Both the position numbers and the translations under genes were made by a program. 64,000 nt of DNA, from contig CAWBLI010000005.1 of assembly GCA_963789615.1 (NCBI GenBank), forward strand, positions 1,821,427 through 1,885,426, written 5' to 3'. The notes beneath the pieces were generated by a model that saw only the letters and a program-made list of their open reading frames with translations, was not told the origin of the DNA and did no database searches. Positions 37,880-45,800 of the stretch are shown here, piece after piece. The stretch's first letter is position 1; every line of letters starts with the position of its first letter. The stretch is from an uncultured Actinomycetota bacterium. GTDB taxonomy: Bacteria; Actinomycetota; Actinomycetes; JAFAQI01.

Positions 37880-38911
37880 GCGACAGTTTCCCGTGTCCTC
37901 GTCATCGGCCTGCTCCTTTCACCGCGCGATCGCTGGGATCGTCGGCTACCGGTCGCTGACTCCCGCGTCATCCTCGCATCGATTTCGGCGCTGCCGTTGA
38001 CGAACGCGCCGTCTTCGAAGCTCGGATACTCGGTGAACCCACGTGAGAGTCGCGGCGATACTCGTTGGCAGGACAGTGTCCAGGCATGTCTGGCCGGCAT
38101 CTGGCCAGGCCGCGTTCGTCCCTCAGGGATGTCACAGGTACAGGCTGGCCCGAACCAGCACCCGGTTCCCATCGCGAGCGTCGCGAAGGTCATGACGGCG
38201 TATCTCGTGTTGCGTGACCGCCCGCTCGACGGCGGCGACAGCGGGCCCGGCGATCACGCTCACAGCGGCTGATGCCGTCGACAGCGAGCAACGGGCGACC
38301 AGGGGCAGTCGGTCGTGCCGGTCGTGGCCGGCGAACAGCTGACCGAACTGCAGGCACTGCAGGCGCTGCTGCTGCCCTCAGCAAACAACATCGCGGACGT
38401 TTAGCGCGCTGGGACGCCGGTTCGGACGGGCGATTCGTAGCTCGGATGAATGTGACCGCACGGTCACTGGGCATGACCCACACGCACTACACCGATCCCA
38501 GCGGTTACGACCCGACAACCATCTCGACCGCCGCCGACCAGGTCCGCATCGTCGAGCACGCGATGCGCCTGTCGGTATTCGCGAGGATCGTAAGCAACAC
38601 CCAGCGTGACCTTGCCCGTCGCCGGTACCGTGCGCAACACCGACAGCTTGCTCGGGCAGGACGGGTTCGTGGGTGTCAAGACAGGCTCGGACGACGCAGC
38701 CGGCGGCTGCTTCGCGTTCCGGGCGGTCCGCTACATCCACGGCGAGCGGACCACGGTGACCGGAGTCGTGCTGGGTCAACCCGGTGGGAACCAGATCGAG
38801 GCCGGTCTCGCCGCCGCCGACGACATGGTCAACCGCCTGGCGGCGAGCCCGTCCAGCGACCACCTCCGTGGGCGCGAAGCACCTGGCGCAGAACCGCCGA
38901 TCTCGCCATGA
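37880..38911 (+). pseudogene. S11-family serine DD-carboxypeptidase (PBP5/DacB-like), at least 4 frame switches; both ends approximate
   Basis: 'WPASGQAAFVPQG', 'PIASVAKVMTAYLVL' (SxxK), 'LLPSANNIAD' (SxN), 'MTHTHYTDPSGYD' and 'GVKTGSDDAAGGCFAF' (KTG) are distributed over three frames (ORFs 37997.., 38272.., 38606..). Confidence 0.72.
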
Positions 38912-39017
38912 CACCAGAGAGAAGCTCAAAGCCCCCAGACGAGCCGACGCCGAGTCGTCTCGCGGATAGGGCGGCCGCCCCACTCGTCTAGGCCGCTGTG
39001 GCATGATACAAATCCTT

Positions 39018-39035
39018 CAGGAAACCTGATCATCT
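39018..39035. promoter_or_regulatory. copy 1 of an 18-nt shared motif (candidate MarR operator), just upstream of the acyl-CoA operon
   Basis: 'CAGGAAACCTGATCATCT' matches 45675-45692 at 16/18 positions. It contains the dyad CAGG-aaa-CCTG and abuts the RBS 'ggagg' (39037-39041). Confidence 0.45.
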
Positions 39036-39062
39036 TGGAGGCCCGCCCTGCCACCCTCGACA

Positions 39063-39854
39063 GTGCCTCGACTACCGGCCGACCTGCCGGCGTCGATTCG
39101 TGCCCGCGCCGAGGGCGCCGTGCTGGTCTTGGCACTGAATCGGGTGCAGAAGCGAAATGCGATCGACGACGAAACGCTGCGCGGCCTCGAGCGAGCCTTC
39201 GCGAGCCTCGATCCCGGTTTTCGCGCTGCGGTTATCGACGCGGAGGGCGACCACTTCTCGGCCGGCCTGGACCTCAACGAGATGGGCGCCCACGACGCCT
39301 TCTCTGGCATCGCCCATTCCCGGTCATGGCACCAGGCTTTGGACGCCGTGGAGAGCGGGCCGGTGCCGGTTGTTGCGGCGCTCAAGGGCGCGGTGATCGG
39401 GGGAGGCTTGGAGTTGGCTGCCGCCTGTCACATCCGGGTGGCTGACAGGTCAGCGTTCTACGCGCTGCCCGAGGGGCAGCGCGGTCTTTTTGTGGGTGGT
39501 GGCGGTTCGGTCCGGTTGCCCCGGCTCATGGGTGTGTCCAGGATGGCGGACCTGATGCTCACCGGTCGACGGCTCGACGCCGAGGAAGGTCACGCCGCGG
39601 GTCTGACGCAGTACCTCGTGGAAGCCGGTACCGCGTTCACGACCGCTTTGGAGCTGGCGCAGCGGATCGCTGAAAACGCGTCGCAGACGAACTTCGCGGT
39701 GGTTCAGGCGTTGCCGCGCATCGCCGAGGCAAACCCGCGTGAGGGATATCTACTGGAAGCCCTGATGGCATCGGTGACGCAGAGCACTGACGACGCGAAA
39801 TCCCGGATGGCGGATTTCCTGGCCGGCCGAGCATCGAAGGTCACCGATCGGTGA
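39063..39854 (+). CDS. enoyl-CoA hydratase/isomerase (crotonase) family protein
   Basis: Intact ORF containing 'LNRVQKRNAID..DHFSAGLDLNEM..AALKGAVIGGGLELAAACHIRVA'. The GTG at 39063 is 22 nt from the RBS. A CTG at 39048 has better spacing, so the start is uncertain. Confidence 0.88.
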   Translation: MPRLPADLPASIRARAEGAVLVLALNRVQKRNAIDDETLRGLERAFASLDPGFRAAVIDAEGDHFSAGLDLNEMGAHDAFSGIAHSRSWHQALDAVESGPVPVVAALKGAVIGGGLELAAACHIRVADRSAFYALPEGQRGLFVGGGGSVRLPRLMGVSRMADLMLTGRRLDAEEGHAAGLTQYLVEAGTAFTTALELAQRIAENASQTNFAVVQALPRIAEANPREGYLLEALMASVTQSTDDAKSRMADFLAGRASKVTDR

Positions 39855-41830
39855 ATAACTCGGGGGGTCTGCGCCCGGGCGACGTGGTGTCGATGCCCCC
39901 GCCGGACGTTCTCGAGCGCAGTCGAATCGGCGCGTTTCTCGGTTTCGTGGCCCGGCGCTACGGCCGGTCGATGTCGACGTACGCAGAACTTTGGCGATGG
40001 TCGGTCGACGATCTCGACGGTTTCTGGACAGCGGTGTGGGACTGCTTCGACGTGCGTTCGAGTGCGCCACCTGGCGCCGTACTGGCGGAGCGCCGGATGC
40101 CAGGGGCGACCTGGTTCCCGGGCGCCCGGCTCAACTACGCCGAGCACCTGCTCCGGCAGGGGCAGGATGACGAACTCGCCGTGCTGGGTCGCTCGCAGAC
40201 CCGGCCTGACATGGATCTGACGTTCGGCGGCCTTCGAGAGCAGGTCGCGCGAGCGAGGGCCGTGCTCGCCCAGCTCGGCGTCGGTCCCGGCGATCGAGTC
40301 GTCGGGTATCTCCCCAACGTGCCTGAAGCGGTGGTCGCGTTCCTCGCGACCGCCAGCCTGGGTGCCATCTGGGCGAGTTGCGCCTCGGAGTTCGGCGCGC
40401 GCAGTGTGGTCGATCGGTTCGCCCAGGTCGAACCGGTGGTGTTGCTGGTTGCCGGCGGCTATCAGTACGGAGACAAGGTGATCGACCGGCGCGACGAGAT
40501 CGATCAGATCCGCGCCCGGCTGAGCACCGTGCAACATGTCATCGACATCGGCTATGGACCGTTCCGTGTCCCCGGCCTGCTGTCATGGCCCGAGCTCCTC
40601 GCCGACGCCGATCCCGAGCCGGGCCGGTTCGAACAGGTGCCGTTCGACCACCCGCTGTTCGTTCTCTTCTCCTCGGGGACGACTGGGATTCCGAAGGCGA
40701 TCGTGCACGGGCACGGCGGGATCCTGTTGGAGCACCTCAAGAACCATGCGCTGTCGTGGGATCTCGGCCCGGGTGACCGGTTGCTCTGGTACTCCACCAC
40801 GGCCTGGATGATGTGGAACGCGCTCGTCTCCGCGCTGCTGGTCGGCGCGTCCGTCGTGTTGCTCGACGGCGATCCTGGCTATGAGCAACTGGCTTGGCAG
40901 TGGCGAGTGGCGGAGCAGACGCGTACGACGATGCTCGGCGTGAGCCCCGGCTTCGTGATGGCCTGCCGGGCGAGCGGAGTCGAGATCCATGACCTTGACC
41001 TCCAGCTGCGGACGGTCGGCGCGGCAGGCGCGCCGATGCCTGCCGAGGCCTACGCCTGGATCATCGAGCAGCTCGGTCCCGACATCATTCTGAATGTCGG
41101 CAGCGGTGGCACCGATGTCTGTACCGGCATCGTGCAGGGCTGCCCACTGCTGCCGGTATGGGCGGGGCGCATCTCGAGCCCGGCACTAGGGGTGGATGTC
41201 CACGCGTTCGACGAGGCCGGCGACGATGTGGTGGACCGCCCCGGCGAGCTGGTCATCACCGCGCCGATGCCGTCAATGCCGGTGGGGTTCTGGGGCGATG
41301 AGGATGGCAGCCGGCTGCACGCCGCGTACTTCGACGTGTACCCGGGGGTGTGGCGGCACGGCGACTGGATCGTCATCCACGCGGACCACTCCTGCGAGGT
41401 CACCGGCCGCTCCGACGCGACGTTGAACCGTGGCGGTGTGCGGCTCGGTACGGCGGAGTTCTACCGGGTGGTCGAGGAGCTGCCGGAGGTCGATGACTCC
41501 CTCGTCGTCCACCTGCCGGACGCGGCGGGCGGGAACGGCGAGCTGCTGCTGTTCGTCGTCCCGGCACCAGGTGTCGCGGGCGACGACGCACTCCGCCGGA
41601 CCATCGCCGCCGAGCTGCGGCAGGCCTTGTCGCCCCGACACGTACCCGACCAGGTCATCGCGGTGCCGGCGATCCCGCGCAACCGAACCGGCAAGAAGCT
41701 CGAGGTCCCGGTCAAACGTCTCCTGCAGGGAGCGCGACCCGACGACGTCGCCAGTCGTGACGCCCTGGCCGACGCGTCAGCCTGGGAGGTCTTCGTGACA
41801 CTGGCGGCCGACCGGCAGCCGGCGTCGTGA
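39851..41830 (+). CDS. acetoacetyl-CoA synthetase-like AMP-forming ligase
   Basis: Intact 659-aa ORF containing 'YAELWRWSVDDLDGFWTAVWDCFDV', 'LFSSGTTGIPKAIVH' and 'GDWIVIHADHSCEVTGRSDATLNRGGVRLGTAE'. It has a GTGA overlap with the upstream gene. Confidence 0.88.
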   Translation: MNNSGGLRPGDVVSMPPPDVLERSRIGAFLGFVARRYGRSMSTYAELWRWSVDDLDGFWTAVWDCFDVRSSAPPGAVLAERRMPGATWFPGARLNYAEHLLRQGQDDELAVLGRSQTRPDMDLTFGGLREQVARARAVLAQLGVGPGDRVVGYLPNVPEAVVAFLATASLGAIWASCASEFGARSVVDRFAQVEPVVLLVAGGYQYGDKVIDRRDEIDQIRARLSTVQHVIDIGYGPFRVPGLLSWPELLADADPEPGRFEQVPFDHPLFVLFSSGTTGIPKAIVHGHGGILLEHLKNHALSWDLGPGDRLLWYSTTAWMMWNALVSALLVGASVVLLDGDPGYEQLAWQWRVAEQTRTTMLGVSPGFVMACRASGVEIHDLDLQLRTVGAAGAPMPAEAYAWIIEQLGPDIILNVGSGGTDVCTGIVQGCPLLPVWAGRISSPALGVDVHAFDEAGDDVVDRPGELVITAPMPSMPVGFWGDEDGSRLHAAYFDVYPGVWRHGDWIVIHADHSCEVTGRSDATLNRGGVRLGTAEFYRVVEELPEVDDSLVVHLPDAAGGNGELLLFVVPAPGVAGDDALRRTIAAELRQALSPRHVPDQVIAVPAIPRNRTGKKLEVPVKRLLQGARPDDVASRDALADASAWEVFVTLAADRQPAS

Positions 41831-42774
41831 TCGCCGGCGCGGACGTACGCCGGGTCGCGGTCATCGGCACCGGCGCGATCGGCTCGAGCTGGGCGGCCCT
41901 GCTGATCGCCGCTGGACTCGACGTCGTCGCCAGCGACCCTGCGCCCGGCGCCGAGCCAGCACTTCGGGACGCGGTGCGGATCAAGCTCGCAGACTTAGAG
42001 GCCGAGACCGATCTGACCCGGCTGGTGTTCCACGCCGACCCGGCGACGGCCGCCGCCGACGCCGACCTGGTGGTGGAGAACGCCCCCGAACGGCTCGAGG
42101 TGAAACGCGAGCTGTTCGCCCAGCTCGATGCGGCTGCCGGTGCCGACGTGGTGTTGGCCAGCAGCACATCAGGCATCATGCCGAGCACGTTCCAGGACGT
42201 GTGCACCCACCCGGAGCGGGTGCTCGTCGCGCACCCGTTCAACCCGCCGCACCTCATGCCCCTGGTCGAAGTCGTCGGCGGCCGGCAGACCTCCGAGACG
42301 GCTATCAACGCGATGATCGCGACCTTGCGGCAGTGGGGAAAGACGCCGATCCAAGTCCGTGTCGAACTGCCGGGACACGTCGCCAACCGGCTGCAGGCAG
42401 CGCTGTGGCGCGAGGCCTACGACCTGGTGCGCCGAGGCGTCGTCGACGTCGCGGACCTCGACCTGGCGATCTCATCCGGCCCTGGTCTTCGTTGGGCACT
42501 GCTCGGACCACTGGCCACTCAGCACCTGTCCGGAGGGGTCGGCGGGCTCGCCCACGTTCTCGAGCATCTCGGCCCACCGATGGTCGAGTGGTGGGACGAT
42601 CTGGGAACGCCGGAGCTCACGCCTGACCTCATCGGACTCCTGGTTGACGGCGTGGAGGCCGAGATCGGCGGCCGCGAGGCGAGCATTACGGCCGCCCGAG
42701 ACCGGGCGCTGCGCGACCTGATCGCTCTCAAGAAGGCCGCGGCGATCGACGAGCCGATCGAGGACGCGAGATGA
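41827..42774 (+). CDS. 3-hydroxyacyl-CoA dehydrogenase family protein (L-carnitine-dehydrogenase-like)
   Basis: Intact 315-aa ORF with the Rossmann motif 'VAVIGTGAIGSSWAALLIAAGLDVVASDPAPGAE', plus 'ENAPERLEVKRELF' and 'HPFNPPHLMPLVEVV'. GTGA overlap. Confidence 0.88.
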   Translation: MIAGADVRRVAVIGTGAIGSSWAALLIAAGLDVVASDPAPGAEPALRDAVRIKLADLEAETDLTRLVFHADPATAAADADLVVENAPERLEVKRELFAQLDAAAGADVVLASSTSGIMPSTFQDVCTHPERVLVAHPFNPPHLMPLVEVVGGRQTSETAINAMIATLRQWGKTPIQVRVELPGHVANRLQAALWREAYDLVRRGVVDVADLDLAISSGPGLRWALLGPLATQHLSGGVGGLAHVLEHLGPPMVEWWDDLGTPELTPDLIGLLVDGVEAEIGGREASITAARDRALRDLIALKKAAAIDEPIEDAR

Positions 42775-44279
42775 ACGACCACGGCATCGGCTCGTGGACC
42801 ACCCGCCGGGCTCGCATGCTCGCCGACAAGCCGGCCTTGGTCGACGGCGGCCACATGACGACCTACGGCGAGCTCGACCAGCGGGCCGTCGCAGCGGCCC
42901 GCGGCCTGCGCGCCAAGGGCGTGAGCCGAGGCGATCGCGTCGCTTACCTCGGGCACAACAGCGTCGACCTGGTGGTCAGCATGTTCGCCACGGCCAAGCT
43001 CGGCGCTGTCTTCGTTCCGCTCAACACCCGACTGGCCGCACCCGAGCTGGCGTTTGTCCTGTCCGACGCCGAACCGCGGCTGCTGCTGTGGAAAGCCGAC
43101 TTCTCCCATCAAGTCGAAGCACCCGAGATCGCCTCGTTGCGGATTCCGTCGCAGCGGCTCCCCGACGACGACGGCCTGGCCGCCCTCCGGTCGGGGGAGA
43201 CAACGCCTCTCGACGAGCCGATCGACCTGGACGATCTGTTCATGATCCAGTACACGTCCGGGACCAGCGGCCGGCCGAAGGGCGTGCAACTCACCCACGG
43301 CAACATCACGTGGAACGTCTACAACCTGCTGACCGACGTCGACGTATGCACCGACGAGATCGCCCTGGTGACCGCGCCGCTGTTCCATACCGCGGCACTG
43401 AACCAGGTGCTGCTGCCGACATTGCTCAAGGGCGGCACGGCACTGATCGAAGCCCGGTTCGACCCGGAACGGGTCGTGCGGCTGATCGAAACCCAACGCG
43501 TGACCCTGCTGTTCGGCGTGACATCGATGTACGTCGCACTCGCAGCCGTCCCGGGCTTCGCGACCGCGGACCTGACGTCACTGCGCTCCGCGCTGACGGG
43601 CGGCGCACCGGTCCCGCAAAGCCTGCTGCAGTTCTGGGCTGACCGTGGCCTGCCGCTGATCCAGGGTTACGGGATGACCGAAACAGCGCCAGGAGCGACG
43701 CTGCTGCGTGGGGAGCACGCGCTGCGCCGGTTGGGCTCTGCGGGAGCCGGCGTGTTCTTCAGTGACGTCCGCGTCGTGGGGACCGACAGCGAGCCCGTCG
43801 CGGTCGACGAGGCGGGCGAGGTGCAGGTCAGCGGGCCCAACGTCACCGCCGGGTACTGGCGTAACCCGCAAGCGGCGACCGAGGCGTTCACCTCGGATGG
43901 CTGGCTGCGCTCGGGTGATACCGCCGTCCGGGACGCGGACGGTTTTCTCCGCATCGTCGGCCGGCTCGGCGACATGTTCATCTCCGGCGGCGAGAATGTG
44001 TATCCGGCCGAGGTCGAGCAGGCGCTCCACAGTCATCCGGCGGTGGCGGAGTGCGCAGTGGTCGGAGTGGCTGATGAGAAGTGGGGTGAGGTCGGCATGG
44101 CGGTCGTCGTGCTGCGGGACGGGTCGCAGGCGAGCGGTGATGAGCTTCGCGAGCATCTTGACGGCCGGCTGGCCCGGTACAAGATCCCCAAGTCGGTCGT
44201 GTTCGTCCCGGAACTCCCGCACAACGCCGCAGGCAAGGTGATGAAGTCGACGCTTCGTGCCAGCTACGGATCGCCATGA
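42771..44279 (+). CDS. AMP-dependent acyl-CoA synthetase/ligase
   Basis: Intact 502-aa ORF with 'IQYTSGTSGRPKGVQLTH', 'GYGMTETAP', 'GWLRSGDTAVRDADGFLRIVGRLGDMFISGGENVYPAEVE' and 'YKIPKSV'. ATGA overlap. Confidence 0.9.
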   Translation: MNDHGIGSWTTRRARMLADKPALVDGGHMTTYGELDQRAVAAARGLRAKGVSRGDRVAYLGHNSVDLVVSMFATAKLGAVFVPLNTRLAAPELAFVLSDAEPRLLLWKADFSHQVEAPEIASLRIPSQRLPDDDGLAALRSGETTPLDEPIDLDDLFMIQYTSGTSGRPKGVQLTHGNITWNVYNLLTDVDVCTDEIALVTAPLFHTAALNQVLLPTLLKGGTALIEARFDPERVVRLIETQRVTLLFGVTSMYVALAAVPGFATADLTSLRSALTGGAPVPQSLLQFWADRGLPLIQGYGMTETAPGATLLRGEHALRRLGSAGAGVFFSDVRVVGTDSEPVAVDEAGEVQVSGPNVTAGYWRNPQAATEAFTSDGWLRSGDTAVRDADGFLRIVGRLGDMFISGGENVYPAEVEQALHSHPAVAECAVVGVADEKWGEVGMAVVVLRDGSQASGDELREHLDGRLARYKIPKSVVFVPELPHNAAGKVMKSTLRASYGSP

Positions 44280-45160
44280 CCTACTCACCCCGCATCGACG
44301 TCGACGCCGTCGCGGCGATCGACGTCCACGTGCATGTCGAACGGGACGCCCACGGTCGAAACGCATTGGACCAGGAGTTGCTGGACGCGTCGGCGGCGTA
44401 CTTCCGGCACGTGCCGAACCGGACCCCGACCGTGCCCGAGCTTGCCGAGACCTACCGCGACCTCGGCATGGCAGCCGTCGTGTTCACCGTCGACGCGACG
44501 ACCAACCTCGGCCACCCGGCGCTGTCCAGCGAGGAGATCGCAGAGGAGTGTGCCGCGTACTCCGACGTGTTGATCCCGTTCGGCTCGGTCGACCCGCTGC
44601 GTGGCAGCGACGCCGTGCAGCAGGCGACCCGGCTGGTCGAGGACCACGGTGTCCGCGGTTTCAAGTTCCACCCGAGCTTGCAAGGCTTCGCCCCCGATGA
44701 CCCGTCGTTGCGCCCGCTGTGGCAACGCATCCAGGAGTTGGAGGTCCCGGCGCTGTTCCACAGCGGACAGAACGGGATCGGCGCTGGTCTGCCCGGGGGG
44801 AGGGGGATCAAGCTGCGGTACTCCAACCCGCTCCTGCTCGACGACGTCGCGGCCGAGTTTCCGCAGCTCACCGTCATCCTGGCGCACCCGTCGGTGCCGT
44901 GGCAGGCCGAAGCGCTGTCGATGGCGACCCACAAGGCGAATGTCTTCATCGATCTCTCCGGCTGGCGGCCGAAGTACTTCCCGTCCGAGCTCGTCCACGC
45001 GGCCGGCCGGCAGCTGCGTGAAAAGGTGCTGTTCGGTAGCGACTATCCGCTCATCACACCGGACCGTTGGATGTCCGACGCCGCCGAGCTCGACTGGCCC
45101 GACGAAGTGCGACCGGCGATCTACAAGCACACCGCCGCTCGGCTGCTCGGTCTCGATTGA
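44276..45160 (+). CDS. amidohydrolase-2 family metal-dependent hydrolase (TIM barrel)
   Basis: Intact 294-aa ORF with 'IDVHVHVE', 'FKFHPSLQGF', 'ALFHSG', 'ILAHPSVPW' and 'LFGSDYPL'. ATGA overlap. Confidence 0.85.
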   Translation: MTYSPRIDVDAVAAIDVHVHVERDAHGRNALDQELLDASAAYFRHVPNRTPTVPELAETYRDLGMAAVVFTVDATTNLGHPALSSEEIAEECAAYSDVLIPFGSVDPLRGSDAVQQATRLVEDHGVRGFKFHPSLQGFAPDDPSLRPLWQRIQELEVPALFHSGQNGIGAGLPGGRGIKLRYSNPLLLDDVAAEFPQLTVILAHPSVPWQAEALSMATHKANVFIDLSGWRPKYFPSELVHAAGRQLREKVLFGSDYPLITPDRWMSDAAELDWPDEVRPAIYKHTAARLLGLD

Positions 45161-45172
45161 TCTGGTCCGACT

Positions 45173-45673
45173 GTGGTGCGACATGCTGTGCGAATGGCGA
45201 ACACGCGGGGGGCGGCCCAGCCTGCTGCCCCGTCCGCCGAACCCACACTGCTGTACCTGATGAAGCAGGTGGAGCTCGCGGTCCGCGCGCGGCTCGACGA
45301 CATGATGCGCCCGGCGGGGCTCACCGCCCTGCAGTACACGGCGATGACCGTGTTGGAGCGCCACGCGGAGCTCACCGCCTCGCGGCTGGCACATCGCTCG
45401 TTCGTCACGGCGCAGACGATGGCCGACATGGTGACCACCCTGCTCGAACGCGGGTACGTCGAGCGGCACCGCGATCCGGCCGATCGGCGACGGCTCGTGC
45501 TCGCCCTGACCTCGGCCGGGCGGACGGTGCTCGACGACTACCGACCGCGAGTCGCGGCCCTGGAAGCTGAGATGCTCTCGCCGCTGTCGGCCGTTGAGGC
45601 GAAAGCCCTGCGCCGAGCGATCGTCGCCTGCCGGACGGCGCTGGCCGACTCGGCTCGCGCCACGAAGAAATAG
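45173..45673 (+). CDS. MarR-family transcriptional regulator
   Basis: Intact ORF containing 'GLTALQYTAMTVLERHAELTASRLAHRSFVTAQTMADMVTTLLERGYVERHRDPADRRRLVLALTSAGR'. An alternative ATG start lies at 45194. Confidence 0.87.
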   Translation: MVRHAVRMANTRGAAQPAAPSAEPTLLYLMKQVELAVRARLDDMMRPAGLTALQYTAMTVLERHAELTASRLAHRSFVTAQTMADMVTTLLERGYVERHRDPADRRRLVLALTSAGRTVLDDYRPRVAALEAEMLSPLSAVEAKALRRAIVACRTALADSARATKK

Positions 45674-45674
45674 C

Positions 45675-45692
45675 CAGGAAACCTGTACATCT
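45675..45692. promoter_or_regulatory. copy 2 of the 18-nt shared motif, between marR and the MFS gene
   Basis: 'CAGGAAACCTGTACATCT' starts 2 nt after the marR stop. It is followed by 'cctgaggttt', giving a second dyad (aaacct/aggttt). Confidence 0.45.
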
Positions 45693-45758
45693 CCTGAGGT
45701 TTGTGGTTTGCTTCGCGGCCAAGAAGGCACCGTCCGCCGCGTCGTCGAGGGAGCAGCC

Positions 45759-45800
45759 ATGACCGCGAGCAGTGGCACCGCTATCTGGTGGGGTGCTTGA
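45759..45800 (+). other. candidate 13-codon leader uORF (MTASSGTAIWWGA*) coupled to the MFS start
   Basis: 'gagggag' lies 5 nt upstream of ATG 45759. The stop TGA 45798-45800 overlaps the MFS ATG 45800-45802 (TGATG). Confidence 0.35.
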
